Source: Sphagnum compactum
Lineage: Eukaryota
Length of the DNA stretch: 64,000 nucleotides
Assembly (NCBI GenBank): GCA_965153455.1
Contig: OZ234493.1
Location: forward strand, 36,136,213-36,200,212
Direction: 5' to 3'
Part shown: in pieces, positions 50,451-64,000 of the stretch
Layout of the letters: every line of letters begins with the position of its first letter
Numbering within the stretch: position 1 is the first letter of the stretch
Position numbers and translations under genes: made by a program
The notes under the pieces: generated by a model
Database searches by the model: none
What the model saw: the letters and a program-made list of their open reading frames with translations, nothing else
What the model was told of the DNA's origin: nothing

Positions 50451-50699
50451 TAGTTTTTTTATTAGGTTTTCTAGTTTTAAAAATTACCTAACAATGATAG
50501 TATGCATAAAAAAGACCACCATGTCAATTTGGACAAGTTGATTTGAACCTACCAATGTGATTGGGAAGTCAATTTGGACTTTATCATTTTGATTGATAAA
50601 GTGATTGATAAAGTTATTCATTATTTGACTAATAGCCAATGGACTATTTGATTGGGTCAAATTAAATTAAAATCATTTTTTGGATTATTATTTTAAAAA

Positions 50700-51290
50700 A
50701 TTAATAGATAGGTAGATAAATAGGTAGATAGGTAATAAATAAGTCTAAGTAGGTCAAAAAAAATGCACTTAGGTAGTAGGTGCTAACCTAACTTAACCTA
50801 CCTAACTTAACATAATTTCACCAAACTACCTTAATCTAACCTACTTACCTTAGCCTTCTATGTATGCACATAGGTTGCAAATATAAGAAGTTAAACCCCA
50901 AATTTTCATAATGATAAACCAAGTCCTTACCAATGGACTATACCATCAAATGTGTTCAACATTCGTCAAGTTTTTAAATTCACATGTTTATTTCACATCA
51001 TTAAATATAGTGGTTAAACCTAAGCAACAACAAATAATTAAACATAATGGTTGAATCATATGGCTAAACCTAATGGTTTTAATCTAGTGGTTAAATTTAA
51101 TGGCTAAACCTTGGCTAAACTTAATGATTAAATTTAATGGCTAAACATATTGACTAAATTTAATTGATAAACATAATGGTTAAACTTCCTAATTAAACTT
51201 TGGTTAAACCTAGTTGATAAACCTAATGGCTAAATTTTAACTAAATTCAATGGCTAAATCTAGTGGTTAAACATAATGATTAAACCTTGG
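50700..51290 (-). repeat. tRNA-like head (50946-50873) with TAGGT-rich tail (50860-50700) and an adjacent 13-14 bp GGYTAAACCT array (51010-51290)
   Basis: Minus-strand A-box-like TAGTCCATTGG (50940-50930) and B-box-like GGTTTAACTTC (50897-50887). Repeated ggttaaacc/ggctaaacc units. Confidence 0.5.
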
Positions 51291-51379
51291 TATTTGTTTA
51301 TTACCATTAACATGTTTATTAAAATTCTAATACACAACCTTAATCCATTTAATTAACCAATTGTATAGCTTAAAAAATA

Positions 51380-52430
51380 AATTTAATTTTGATCATATAC
51401 TATGCATAACATTGACAATAATATGTTGGTCATTCAACACATCAAGAAAAATGAAAATGCACAAACATGGATCATATTCACTAAATATTGCAACATCACC
51501 ACAACAATTATAATGCCACCTACCAACTATCATTTTCCCATCCAACATTTATATTATGTATTTTTTTATATCATGCCTTTGTATTAGATCTTTCAATGTT
51601 AATTTTTTTTTTGGAGCCTCTAACCCATCTTCCCATATGCATGTATCGCCTATATTATAGATCCCAATCTATGTTCAATGCCCATCTACTACCAATATGA
51701 GAGCCAACAATTCCCCGTACCCAAACTCAAATTGTTATCATGTTTACACCACCTAGTTTATAAGCTTGGGACATATGCAACCAATGAAATTTCTTTTTTC
51801 CTATTTTACTACAAACCCCACCTCACAAACAAGGATATCCATGAATTAAGTTTCTAACAACATTGATTTTGGATTAAAATGTTTATGTTTTACACCCACC
51901 TAATGATCAAATAACAAGTTTCATTTCTAGACATCTAATATGAGATATGAAAATGCACCTTTTTAAGGTCCAAACCTTCACATTCTCATCATTTCTAACC
52001 AAAACAACTTCATTTTATTGTTAAAGTACAATATGTTGACCTAAAAATCGTCTACTAGGTGTAGCAAAACAATTTTCCAACAATAGCAATATAGATCCTC
52101 CAATCTTACAACTTGCATTAACAATTCCCAAGACTATTGAAATTTTGCCATCCAACAAGCAAAAAAACACTACTTAGTTTTATGCAAATTTTTCATTTTT
52201 CCAATTTGATCACCATTGTCTTCTACTCCTCCATTTATCTTTGAATTATAGCACCATGCTCCTCACATTGGAATTAAACATCATAATGAGGAAGCCAATG
52301 AAACAAAAAAGATTCATAACAGCCCTTCATTTGCATCATAAGGTTTGTAAAAGAAAAACACATTGCCAATTCATGAAAAATCATTTCACAAAGAAAACAA
52401 TAATCAGAACAAAGAAATCTCCATGGTAGG
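51380..52430. repeat. Dispersed repeat, copy 2 (paralog of 38460-40050)
   Basis: Same shared blocks as copy 1; lacks the 673-bp TIR insertion. Confidence 0.85.
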
Positions 52431-53569
52431 TTACCCTAGTTTTTGTTGTGCGCCTCATTTTTTGGGTGAATTTTTGCAATATGCTGACAATTAATTTTTG
52501 AAAATTTTGTGTTTGAATATAAATTCAAAAACAAATTGTTAATATTTTGAAAATTTTCACAAAACTTTCAAAACCACAAAATCGGAGCAAACAAAAACCC
52601 CTAGAACTTCCGGGTGTCATAAAATTTGCTTAGGCCTTAAAACAAAGCAATCGATGAACATGATGGTAGGCATTTGCAATCTGAAAAAAAGAAAATCTCA
52701 AATGGAATTTTTGGATTTGCCACACATTTTTTCTTGATGTTGAATTTCCACAAACCTCATATATAATTTGTGTATACTTTTTACACCAATGTTATAATCC
52801 TTGTCTTTATACATACATGACTTAAAACCATAAAAAAAATAAAAATTGGTCATCGCAATAGGGCCACCTAATGATATTTTTGGCTTTACAATAAAAGCTC
52901 CTAGATTCACATAAAAACTTACTCTTTTAGTGTAATTGGAGGGCATTTTTCCTTAGTTGTTTGTGAACACTTGCTTTTTAAAATATTATATCTAGTGATT
53001 ACCAATGTTGGTAGATTAGCCATGAGGCATCATAGGAAAATATAATCAAAAGGAGGTCTTTATTAGCGTTGACTGATTATCGAGTTCTGACCCAATTATC
53101 AAGCTGATTATTAATAATATACCCATCAATTCTTGGTTTTTTTTTATAATAATTGATTAAATTGATAATCACTTGATATTGAATATTCAAAATATAATAA
53201 CCTACTTGGATGACCTGATTATCCTTGATGTAGATTATCAATCTTTAAATAGTAACACAAAAAAAGACGAAAAAAGTATAACCCTATAACCAGCAAGTTA
53301 ACCGATGGTTATTAACTGGTTATTTGGCAACCTACCCTGATGCATTCGTTACCAACAACTCAATTTTTTTGTTGATAACCTACCTGGCATTCAATTTTTT
53401 TGATATTGATAACCTGTGTGGTCCCTGGGGGGAAAAAAAAACTTAAAAAAAAACCGGACAGTTATTTTTTAGAAAGAGCAATAACCGGTCAAAATAGGTG
53501 TGTATGCTCGGTAACATGGAACTGGACTGCTCTAATAAGTAACTCCCCCAAGTGACGACGCCTCAGCTT

Positions 53570-53612
53570 CAGTCCAGTCCAGTCCAGTCCAGTCCAGTTC
53601 AGTCCAGTCCAG
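53570..53612. repeat. (CAGTC)n pentanucleotide microsatellite
   Basis: Direct reading, about 8 units. Confidence 0.9.
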
Positions 53613-56600
53613 AATGGCAACTATCATGGTGTCATGTTCTCCCAAGTGGCATTGAAACTATGGATGTACAGACCTACTAATATCAGACCCACTTAACCAG
53701 CATGGTGAGCCATGGTGACACCCGGCCACAGACACTGCCACTTGAGGGAGGGGAGGAGAGGAGGGTTCCTTTTTGTCGTCATTGCCACCACCCTTTTGTT
53801 GCCAGGTGGTTGTTACCTCAGTGTGCTTTGCTTTTTGTTTATTACCTACCTACCTACCTACTACCTACCTACTAGGCTAACAACCCACTTGCTTGTGAGT
53901 AGTTAGTAGGTATAACCCAGGTAAGGAGGTAGGTAGTAAAAGCAGCCATTACATTTATTACTAATATAAAACTATAACACATCTACTCACCTACTAGTCA
54001 CTTATTTTCCTACCTATCTACCTATATAGGTAGGTATATATAGGACCTACTTCTTACAAAACGAGTTAAAAACAAGGGTGAAACATTAACTCAGGTTGAG
54101 AGTTCCACAACTGAGTCATATAAAGGGAGGGGGGAGCATTCAGTTCAGTGGATGGTGTGTTTGCTGGTGGGTTGCTGGTTGCCTCTTCTGGGTCCACAGT
54201 TTTCTGGCAGCTTGGCAAAGTACATACAGTACTCTCCCCTCCCCCCCCCCCCCACCCCCTCCACTTTATTATGACACTTACATAATAATAATAATAAGAA
54301 TGAATTAAATGGGTAGGTACTTATATTTCTGATTTGATTTGTTCAAAACTGAGACTTAAAAAAAAAGATTAGACTTGTTTGTGTGTACAGTGGGATTTTG
54401 CAAATCTTCACATTCAACAACCCTTTGATGACTAGCCCTAGTATTATTGCAGTCATAGCTTCTGGGTTCAGAATTTGATGCTAATCATCTTTGTCTTAAG
54501 TCAGCTGCATTGCACACACATATGTCAGCTAGTGTTTTTTTTAATTAATTAAAAAAATAAATTAAGTTTTTTTGATGGAGCCAAAGTGGCAATCATCTAG
54601 AAGAAAATTTAGCCATATTTGGCTATCAATCGGATATGAAAGTTGTGTTTTTTTCCAAAAACATTCTTTCTATTATCCTTAGCTACCCTGCTGGAACTTA
54701 TCATAAAATTCTAGCAATTTGGAAATATATATCTTCAAAATCTGGCGAATTTGGTCCTTTTTTTCCATGAAAAAGATCCTTTATACATAAGTTGAGACCT
54801 TATTTTCCGAGTCAAAATTTGGTGAACATTGGCCAATAAAAAGAAACGAGTGTGTATGTAGATTTGTTACTATGGCTAGAATATAAGAGCAACAATGTTT
54901 TAGTTCTTCACTGAGCTGTCTGTGTAGGCCTTATGTCACACATTGAAGAGATTATTGGAAGGGACCTAAGAACGTTGGCACTAGCGTTGGCTGGTTTCGA
55001 GTTTCAGAGAGGATTTTGGTCTATAACTTGGATAGGCATACATGGACCTGGAATTGGTCAAGAACCAGACCCCCTGGTTTTACATGGACTCAGACTCAAC
55101 CTTAGAATTGAACCCGATGGGTCCACATGGACTTAAACCTAATCAAAAATTGAACCTTACACGTTTTAAGTGTTCTTTCTAAAGGTTTGGGTCATAGGGT
55201 TAGGTAGGAGCTAGGGTCCTAGGTCATAGCCTTAGGCTTTAATATATAAAGGCATCTTCAATGCTAGCACTAAAATGGCCTTTACACAAATATGTTGTCA
55301 TGTTCCATAGGTTGTTCCTTATGTTGTACGGAGGCGCAAATAGGGCCAATGTGAGTGGAGACCATTGTTGACTAACTATTTTCTATGTTGTTCCTTTTCG
55401 TTTCCTTTGGGAACATGTTGGGATACACTTTGGGAAGTTAAGAAACACCATGGGAACCTTTTGAGAACTTGGTGGAAACACTTTAGGAACACCAAAACTC
55501 AAACAGATCAAAATCGCTTAGAAATCAACTTTTGAAACATCTCCAAGAATAAGCCGGAACCAGTCTTAACCTAAACCTAAAATCAGAGGTCCTTGTAAAA
55601 GTTGGACCCCATTGAACTCAAAATTTTCGATCAAGAAAATTTGATCTGGCCTTAGAACCAATGGGTTTTTATTTTTGAAAATATTCCCTCGACTCGGTGC
55701 CAAAGGGTCTTCCATTTTTAAAAAATCTATAGACCCAAACCTAACAATTCTTTAAAAAAACCAAGAACCGGGCCACACTAGTTGGTACCTATATTGTTGG
55801 TTCTATTAGTTAGTTGTAAGGTGCATACCCAAGTTCCTTTTTTAAAACATATTTTTCTTTGTTGGTATAACGAGCCACTTTGATTGGCTCGTCACCCATC
55901 ACAAAAGAAATTCTGAAACTCCACACTCTTCTCAAACACTTCTCAAAGTAGAAGTTTGCACTCCCCAAATAGATTTATAGAAATGCTTTCATTTGGCCCA
56001 CCTATATAGGTTATGAGAGTTCAACTTTTGGCAAAGGTTATGGGATGAAGTGGGGTGATATTGGAAACATGTTGGGAGCCAGGTGAGATCACATTGAGAA
56101 CTTGGTTGGAACAGATTGGGAACATCAAAAAATCAAAAATTTAGTAGGGTTTAGGGAAATTTCTGTTTCTCACAAAAGGAAATGGAGCCCTAGTGCAATA
56201 CAGGATGATGAAACCCTGGCGAACACCAGTACACAAAGCACCCATCAAAGGGGAAAATAGAAGGAACAAAGAGAGAGGACCCAAGTTGGAGCCCGAACAA
56301 CAAAACCCAAAGTGGGTCGCAAAGGGGCAAAGGAACAAATCATGTTTCAGATTGTACATTGTGCTAACTCAACCCCAACCCCAATACAAGTCCGTAACCA
56401 GCCTTATGGGCCATCTCTATGATGTGGCGGTTCCTCATTGGACACCCATGCTAGCGTTATGCTCCGTATTCAACTGACTACTCACCGTTTTCACTTTACA
56501 TCCATAACCTGTGGAGTATGTGCACTAGAAAGGTACTTTCATCCATATGCATAAACCAAATGACCAATGAAATCTGCAAAACTAAGAAGGAGCCCCTCAA

Positions 56601-57799
56601 TTTGACATCCCCTTAAGCTGGTTATGTCCAATAACTGGCTTGACTTGACCGATTACCTGCGATGCATGGTAATTTACCATGGTTACCATGCTTCTAACCA
56701 TGGTAAACATCCCATCCTAAGACTAGATTGACATCTCAGAGCACAATGTTAACATTTCCAGTGTCGAATATGGCCCACTAAAAGGTTTGGCTGCTGGTTC
56801 ACCCTAATGCTCAAAACCCTAAAACTCTAGTAAGTGTAAGGTAAAGTCCCAGGGTAGGAGCATGGGTTAGGGTTTAGCAAGTCTGGCCTCATATTTTGGG
56901 AAATGTCACTCACCCATGGACTTTCCTATCATAAAGCACCAAGCAAAGGTTATTATTAACCTACACATACTTGGGATCATGAGTTGTACAAGGGGAAGGC
57001 TCTTACACCTACATGACCCATCAAAACTACTTTATTTAAAAATAAAGTAATTTCATTTTCTTTACCTTTTAGTCGGGGAAAAGGAGGAAAAAAGTCTTTA
57101 ATTTTCAAAGCTAATCTGAATGTAGCCTATTTGAACTCCTTTCTCTTCAAATTTTCAATCTCATATAAGTTTTCTACCTCACCTTGAATGACAAAAGTGA
57201 CATTTGAAAGTGAGGGTAAAGAGTGTTGAAAGGTCTGAGTGTTATTTGGCACATTTTCATACTACCCCAACAAAAGATAATCAAGTGCAAATTGTACCAA
57301 GGATTTTTATGAAAAAAATGTGCCAAAGTCACTAGCTTTCAAAGAAAAAGTTTCTCTAATTGCCACATTTAGACATAGGTTTGAGTACAACATCAAAATA
57401 TAGTAGGATTCTTAAATTTTTATATTCTCCTCTCTAACTTGTAGCCAAATTTGGCTATTTCCTCTTGTGGATGATTGCAAATGTGCCTACATCACAAAAT
57501 CAAAGAAAATTTTTAGTTTTAAATTTTGAATTTAAACATTGTTCATGACCTTCAAAATTTCACGAATGATGAAATGTTATTTCAAGCTCAAACAATGTGT
57601 TGGATTTTAGATGTTAGATTGACCACTTAATGTCAACACAAATTTGATTAGCATTAGATTTTGGGTAACTTTTTGTTTTCATCATAACCTATAATAATGA
57701 GTCATTGCTATCAACATTCCATTCACAATTGAAATACAAAATGTTTTGGAATAAGAAGCATTGTTTCATTATGAAAAGAAATAGGTTTGGGGGGTGGGG

Positions 57800-57891
57800 A
57801 TTTGTTCTAATTAGGTTGATATGTTAAATGATGGTTTGCGGGTGGGGTCTGTTATAACATCATTTAACATATCGACCTAATTAGAACAAAT
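57800..57891. repeat. 34-bp near-perfect inverted repeat with 24-nt loop
   Basis: 57800-57833 versus 57858-57891: 33 of 34 complementary, and the single mismatch is a U-G pair on the + strand. Confidence 0.95.
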
Positions 57892-59659
57892 TACTTAGTT
57901 TCTTCCCCAACTTTTGCCAAAGCCTTCCAAAAAAACTTTCTTTCTTTGGCAAGAGAGCACTTGATTGACCTCAAGCATTTATCCCATGTTGCCTTACGAT
58001 AGTCCAACAAGGTATTTCAAATAGCTTTCTAGACATTACCAATTTGCCACCTTTCATCATTAAAGATGAAGTCATTTCACTAGATCCAAATGGTCCAAAT
58101 GTGACTTCCCCAAGTAACAACCATAATCATGTTATTTTGTGAAATCTTCTTGAAATTTAAGCAACCAAAACACATTGTTTCCGTCACATAGGTGTGGCAT
58201 GTTGGGTTCATTTGGTTCCACCCACTAAACAATCCATGATTTCATGAGCATAATCTCATGCGCACTAAAACGTGCCAACATTCCAAAAATTTATGCAAGA
58301 TTGACTCGTTATCAATTCTAGAAAAAGGCCAACTAATATATTGAACAACCTATCTACTATGGCTTTCCACACATTCACTACAATTTCTTTATTCCATTTG
58401 GCCCATATGAAAACATCCTTCTTGCTCCACTATTTATCTCATGTGTTGGTCCACCTTAACTTGAAACTAGGTGGTAAGAATTCATTGCACCTCTTTCCCA
58501 TTATATTAGTCTTAGGCTTGGAGCTTCTCAACATGCTCCTTCCTTAACATTGTGATCAAGGATATGAAGGGTTCTTTCCTTTCTTTCCATGACTATGCCT
58601 TGGGGTCAATTTTCAAAGTCCCCACCTTGCCATAAAATAGTAAAAAACACACCTTTCTTGAACATGTGATGATTTTCACCATTTTAATTTGTGCCATGAC
58701 CCTTTCAATGCAACTTATATTCCTTCTTGCATTTATTTTTATGTTTTTAGAAAGTGTAAATGTTTTGAACTATGCCCCAACTTAGTACAAGTTCACCTCT
58801 ATTGGGATGTTCAACCATTGTGCAACCACGCCACATTTAGGACTAAAAGTGGGGCTAGTGTGGCATATTAAACAAGGAATAAGAATAGAAGTACATTAAA
58901 GGGGGACCATTTTGAGCAAAATGGTGATGTATAACAAATATGATAATGTATAATGAACTTTTTCCTAGTGGCATCTTTTTTGCAATCCTAAATTCAAGTT
59001 AAAAGCTTTTGGAATGTGCATGACAACTTTTTGTAACTCAAAGTTCATTTTAATACAAAATTAACCTTGATCCAATGGTCCAATCAAGAGGATTTGGTAC
59101 ATTGAATGCACACATAATATATAATGTGAAGTTTTTTTAATGGTTATAAGGTGTCATGTTGGGTGAGATGTTCCATTAACAAGGGAAAACAAAATGCAAA
59201 ACAATAACCTTGCCCAACTTAAGGATGTTTTCCTCTTTCATTATTGATGTTTTTTATGAAAACAATTAGTAACAAAGTTTTTATGCCATATGGACATTAA
59301 AAAATCACATTTAATGATCAAAATGTTTTAGCAAATGTAACATTTTTTCCAATTTTTTTTGGATTTCCTATTCTTATATCATTGTCATTCTTCACCCAAA
59401 TTTTCATGCGAAAAAACACCTATAGCTTCACTTTTGAAGTATATTTTTAATTTTTCTTATTTTGCGATGGGTACTAATTTGGTCAAAATATGTTCACCAC
59501 ATAAAAATCTTCATGGGGTGCAAATGGGATATCAAGAACAAAACTTACTTGCTCGGGTGATTGTTTAATCTAGAATATTTTCAAAAATGTCTTAGGACTA
59601 TTCCATTTGAAAGTTGAAAAAAATTCAAATTTGACCCAAAATGTTATAATATAATATTT

Positions 59660-59713
<54 letters not shown>
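59660..59713. repeat. Compound (GT)n(AT)n microsatellite
   Basis: Direct reading. Confidence 0.95.
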
Positions 59714-59714
<1 letters not shown>

Positions 59715-60099
59715 CCTCCTTCAAAATATGTCATGTTTAAATACTTTTTCATAAAATGAAAGTCAAATTTATAGTTTTTACAATGTTTAATGAGTGATTT
59801 TGAATGACTTGCAACATTAGTACAAATTTTGACATAAAACATGAAAAATTTAGCATTGGTTTAAATTATTAAGTGTCATGTTAATGTGATTGCACTTTCA
59901 TCTTTTGTTGATTTTTTTTGAAAATTTGATGAAATCCAGTTCCAAAATTTTCAAATCTACTTAAAGTTCACAATATTGTCATCAAGTTTGGTGTACACAT
60001 CTTGTCAAAATTTTGAAATGCATAAAAATTGTACATTGTAACTACAATTTTGGGGGATTATAATGTGTTTTCACCCATAATTTCATTCCCTTTTCTATA

Positions 60100-61285
60100 A
60101 ACCCCTTCACGTTCCCTTACCAATTAGTGGCCGTCCTATGCCCTTAATAGGATCCCCCAACTCTGTTATGTCTTAAAGACAATCCTTTTGATACCCTATT
60201 TCTTTTTTCCAAAGACAACACAAACTTGTTTTAAATCTTTGAACTATAGTAACAAACCTACTTTCAATAGCCTCCCAAACATTTGCAATGGCAATCTACC
60301 TCAAGGAATGTAATTTGATAACTTTCCTTTTGAGAAACCCTTTGTCCTCCTTGTTCAACCAAAAGTTGATAACTAGTGTTTTTTCTATCATTTTTGGATA
60401 GTTAAACCTTAGTTCTTTCACCATCCTATCCCATGCCCTCATTGTTTAATTCCATATGATTGATCCAAAGGCTCTTTTGTGGTTTGCTTGTATACACCAT
60501 TCAAGGCCAAGGGCCTATTTTCCTCATTTATGAAGTTGAAAGCTCCAAGTAGTTTGAACCTTATAAGCTTTTACAAGTTAGGGTCTATTGGCTCAAATGC
60601 ATGTACAACCCACTTGGAGAGAAGAACAATTATGACCTCTACTAAGTCCACTAAACATATACCACCATCGACACTCATTTTCTCACAACACTAATTTTAG
60701 GCTATTCAACACTTGCAATTAGGTGTTGAACCAACCCAAAGATAGTTCTTCAAAAGTCGAAATTCTTTTTGAAATCCCTTTGTTAGTTCTTCCCCACACA
60801 TTGACAAAGTGTTAAAAGTAGAAAGGAGGCTATTATTGACCATTGCTTTCCTTCCTACTAGTTGATAATTTTACCATTAACCAATAGGTTAGTTTTGTTG
60901 GACCTTTTCCAACAAGAATTTGTGTACCTCTACTAAATCTAGGGAAAGACCAAAAGGTGTCATGAGAGCTTAAAAATGGCTTCAATTAGTCAGTCCACAT
61001 CCAACCAAATGTCATAGTCCATGCAAGTTAGTTTTTATGTTTACCCCTTGACTAAAATGCATTTTATTTAGATTGATTAATTTGAAGACCTAAGGTGTAA
61101 TTGAAGAACTTTAATACATGTTTAGTCACATCACACCCACTTGGGACGCTTTTATGATAAAGTTGGTATCATCAACATATTGTGTTATCACTTGTTGCTT
61201 CATTAATTTATGAAATTGTACCCCTTGAATTCTATTAATCTTGAAATCTTCATGGATCATCGCATTAAGAGCTTCCCCTACTAGG
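60100..61285 (-). mobile_element. 5'-truncated, decayed L1/Tx1-clade LINE ORF2 fragment
   Basis: LVGEALNAMIHEDFKINRIQGVQFHKLMKQQVITQYVDDTNF (YADDT motif, about 61284-61159), then GLQINQSNK (cf. SGLKINxxKS) and LTYWL..LS. Many stops. Confidence 0.85.
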
Positions 61286-63058
61286 ATTTGAAGGGTTTAT
61301 TTTGAGGTTAATAAGTTGAATGGGGAAAATAATAACTTCTAATTTCTCCTTAAATGCCTATAAGGCCATATATCGCTAGAAATTTAAATAGGCTTGGGTG
61401 ATCAATGCAAGGTATGGTGCCTCACTTTTGGAGTCAAAATAATAATTTTTGCAAGGTGATTTGTGTTTAAATGGTCATGGTGAATAATTTAATTTTAATT
61501 GCATCAAATGATGACCATTCTAAACTAACAACTTGATTATGAAGACATTTGAACAATTTGTTTTGAAAATAATGCATTCATGATGAGTAGTGGACTTTTG
61601 AAACAAAAAATATGCATTGATCAATTGATTGGATTGTTAAAAAATCAAGAATTCATATTGAATTCCATTCCAAATTGTTTATAGTGACTAAACATGGGTA
61701 AAAGAATGAAATCATGAAGGTAAATGTGAAATAATGTTCATGTAATTTGGTGCTTGTAAAAAACCCTCCCATGTTGGGCAAAAATTACCCAATTACCAAC
61801 ACTTGGTCCATTTCTATCCGACAAACAAGATTGGCATAAAACCCACGTACTACTACAAGGGGCTAAGCTCATAAACTTACCATGTCATGGGGTCTAGCTT
61901 TCAAAACCCTCATCACTTGTGTGAAAAATGGTTGTATGGGATTTTTTTGGTGACAAAACCCCCTTTCAATTTACATGGATGTGCTCAGTCAGCACACAAT
62001 TCAAATTTTTTTCTTGTGCAACCAATTCAAACATAATAATTTAAAAACACTTGAATGTGTGCTTAGACAAGTGTATGCAATGTCTAGTGGCTCATTTTAG
62101 GCAAACACAACATTCACAAGAGTCACAAGCAAGTTGTTATAAATGATCCATATGGATATGGTTTTTAATTTAAGATTAAAATTGTGATCTTTGACTACTA
62201 AAGTTTTAGTCCCTTATGAAATCTCTTAATACTAAGTCAAAACTCATATCAAAAAATGTTAATGTTAGCTAGTATGGTAAAATCACTTTGAAAATTCAAA
62301 AAGAAAACCCATAAAGTCCATAAGAATAAAAGCTTATTTAGATATTTCAATTATGTACCTATTGGGCACACAAAATTTGACAAAAAAAAGGTCATATTTG
62401 GTTTGATATAATCCCGCATGAATTGAAATATAAACATAAGATAATTAAAATGTAACCTTTGTTATGAGGTTCGATTGCATGGGTAGTGCTTCATTGGTTT
62501 TTTGGTAACTTTAAGCAAAAGTTCCCTTTCTTTAGATTGGTGCATTCTAGATGCATAATCTTGATCATATGTTTATCAAACACTTTGAAATTTTTATAAC
62601 TTGTTTTTTATACCTTTTTTTCAAATCTAATTATGCATTTCCCTTGTTTCTTGATATGTGCAAGGATCCATGAATAAATATGTTTCGGAGTATTTTGGTA
62701 ATGAAAATGATTTCCCAAGGGCTTAAGCTTTTAGGGGTTACAATCCTATCATCTTTTGATGACAACTTGTAATGACCTTATTAAACATATGAGGTAAGCT
62801 CATGAATTGCCTAGTCATAATTCTTGCACAATATAAGGTGTCTTCCATATACATTAAACCAAATATGACAAAATTTTAAGAATATGGTATTGCCATCACA
62901 AAGGGGCATTTTCAAAATAAATGTTCACTCAATGTGGAGCTGAAAGGGTGTTTATTTCAAAAATGTTTTGCTTCAAGTGTGCTACATGATATAAAACACT
63001 AGCAAACCCATGTATTTTTCAAATTTTTCTTCATGATGAACATTAAGTATCATAAGAA

Positions 63059-63391
63059 CCTTATGATGTTTATAAGCAATTGGTTTTTGATGTACCCATA
63101 GGTACCAAAAGAGATTGTTATGATCGTTATTGTATTCGTATCGAAGAGATGCGACAAAGTATTCAAATCATTATGCAATGTCTTAATCAAATGCCTAGTG
63201 GCATGATTAAGCCGATGATCGTAAGTTATGTCCTCCGTCACGATCCCAAATGAAACAATCCATGGAATCTTTAATTCACCATTTTAAACTTTATATAGAA
63301 GGTTTTTCTATACCAACTTCTTCTACATATACCGCAATAGAAGCACCTAAAGGAGAATTTGGTGTGTTTTTAGTCAGTAATGGAACCAATC
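63059..63391 (+). pseudogene. nad7: NUMT: internal fragment of mitochondrial NADH dehydrogenase subunit 7
   Basis: [50 protein letters not shown][-1 frameshift near 63210][60 protein letters not shown]. Plant mitochondrial Nad7 motifs, no start, stop or splice signals, nuclear repeat flanks. Confidence 0.95.
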
Positions 63392-64000
63392 ATCAGAAAT
63401 AAAAATTGTGAGGTGTTTAAAAAAATGAAACACATGCCCCTTTCATAAAGTGTAAATTCCAATTGATAACATCCCTTTAAATACATGATAAATTTTATGT
63501 TAATGTTTTATAGTTCTTGAATATTTAAACCATGTGGACATGGCAACCTAACTATAAGGGTAAAATAATCACTATCAAACAACTTTTTTTTTTAATGAAA
63601 TTTCCCCTGTCAACAAATTTAAGTACGAGAAAATGTGAAAGTATGGTTTTTGGGCTTTTCAATTAATAGATTTCTTATATTGTATTAAGGGTCATATTTC
63701 CATTTTAATTTCCAATAGGTGGCCAATGATGTAGAAAGAGGTTTAAATTTCATAAAATTCCATATCTTAATAATAACCAAGTCTAATCAAATCTTTTGAT
63801 TGACAATTGCTACTTCAAATACACCACATGATACACACATGTGGTATATATATGTTCTTTCATTACACATTGTCCAATATTTATTGTGAATCGATGGGGG
63901 AGGAATATGTTTTAAACATTAAATTAAATGTGTTATTCAATGATAATTTTCCATTAAACATAGTGAGTCGTTGGAATTGTTCAAAGATCATTTCCAATAG

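Noticed and set aside
56193-56477. 94-aa ORF or C/D snoRNA (GATGATGA ... CTGA)
   Set aside because: No recognisable domain; the boxes are about 270 nt apart with no terminal stem.
57900-58760. Possible minus-strand transposase remnant
   Set aside because: Coding-like composition but no motif I can identify.
63050-63241. 63-aa minus-strand ORF
   Set aside because: Antisense shadow of the + strand nad7 fragment.

Overview
AT-rich, CpG-depleted plant nuclear DNA, almost certainly from a bryophyte. The support is a bryophyte-type cytosolic 5S rRNA, a remnant of the flagellar gene IFT80, TTTAGGG repeats and a plant mitochondrial nad7 insert. The repeat families look Sphagnum-like to me, but that is recognition, not a search result. 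I find no confidently intact host gene. The window is mostly decayed transposons: two minus-strand Ty3/gypsy regions (1-5470 and about 40200-50450, the second with nested solo LTRs), a MULE transposase fossil, a 5'-truncated L1-type LINE and several TIR elements/MITEs. Two convergent pseudogenes lie at 14.5-19.3 kb (IFT80 and an unidentified spliced gene). The most interesting items are (1) a 2.08-kb TG..CA LTR-like unit carrying an intact, apparently spliced 118-aa Cys/His-rich ORF, (2) a lone 5S rRNA copy exactly bounded by a 13-bp target-site duplication just upstream of the IFT80 pseudogene, (3) tRNA-like heads followed by palindromic CCTAGG/GGTTAACC arrays with about 10.5-bp periodicity, (4) a nad7 NUMT, and (5) a near-perfect 34-bp hairpin. 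All protein identifications are by eye from remembered motifs; no searches were run.
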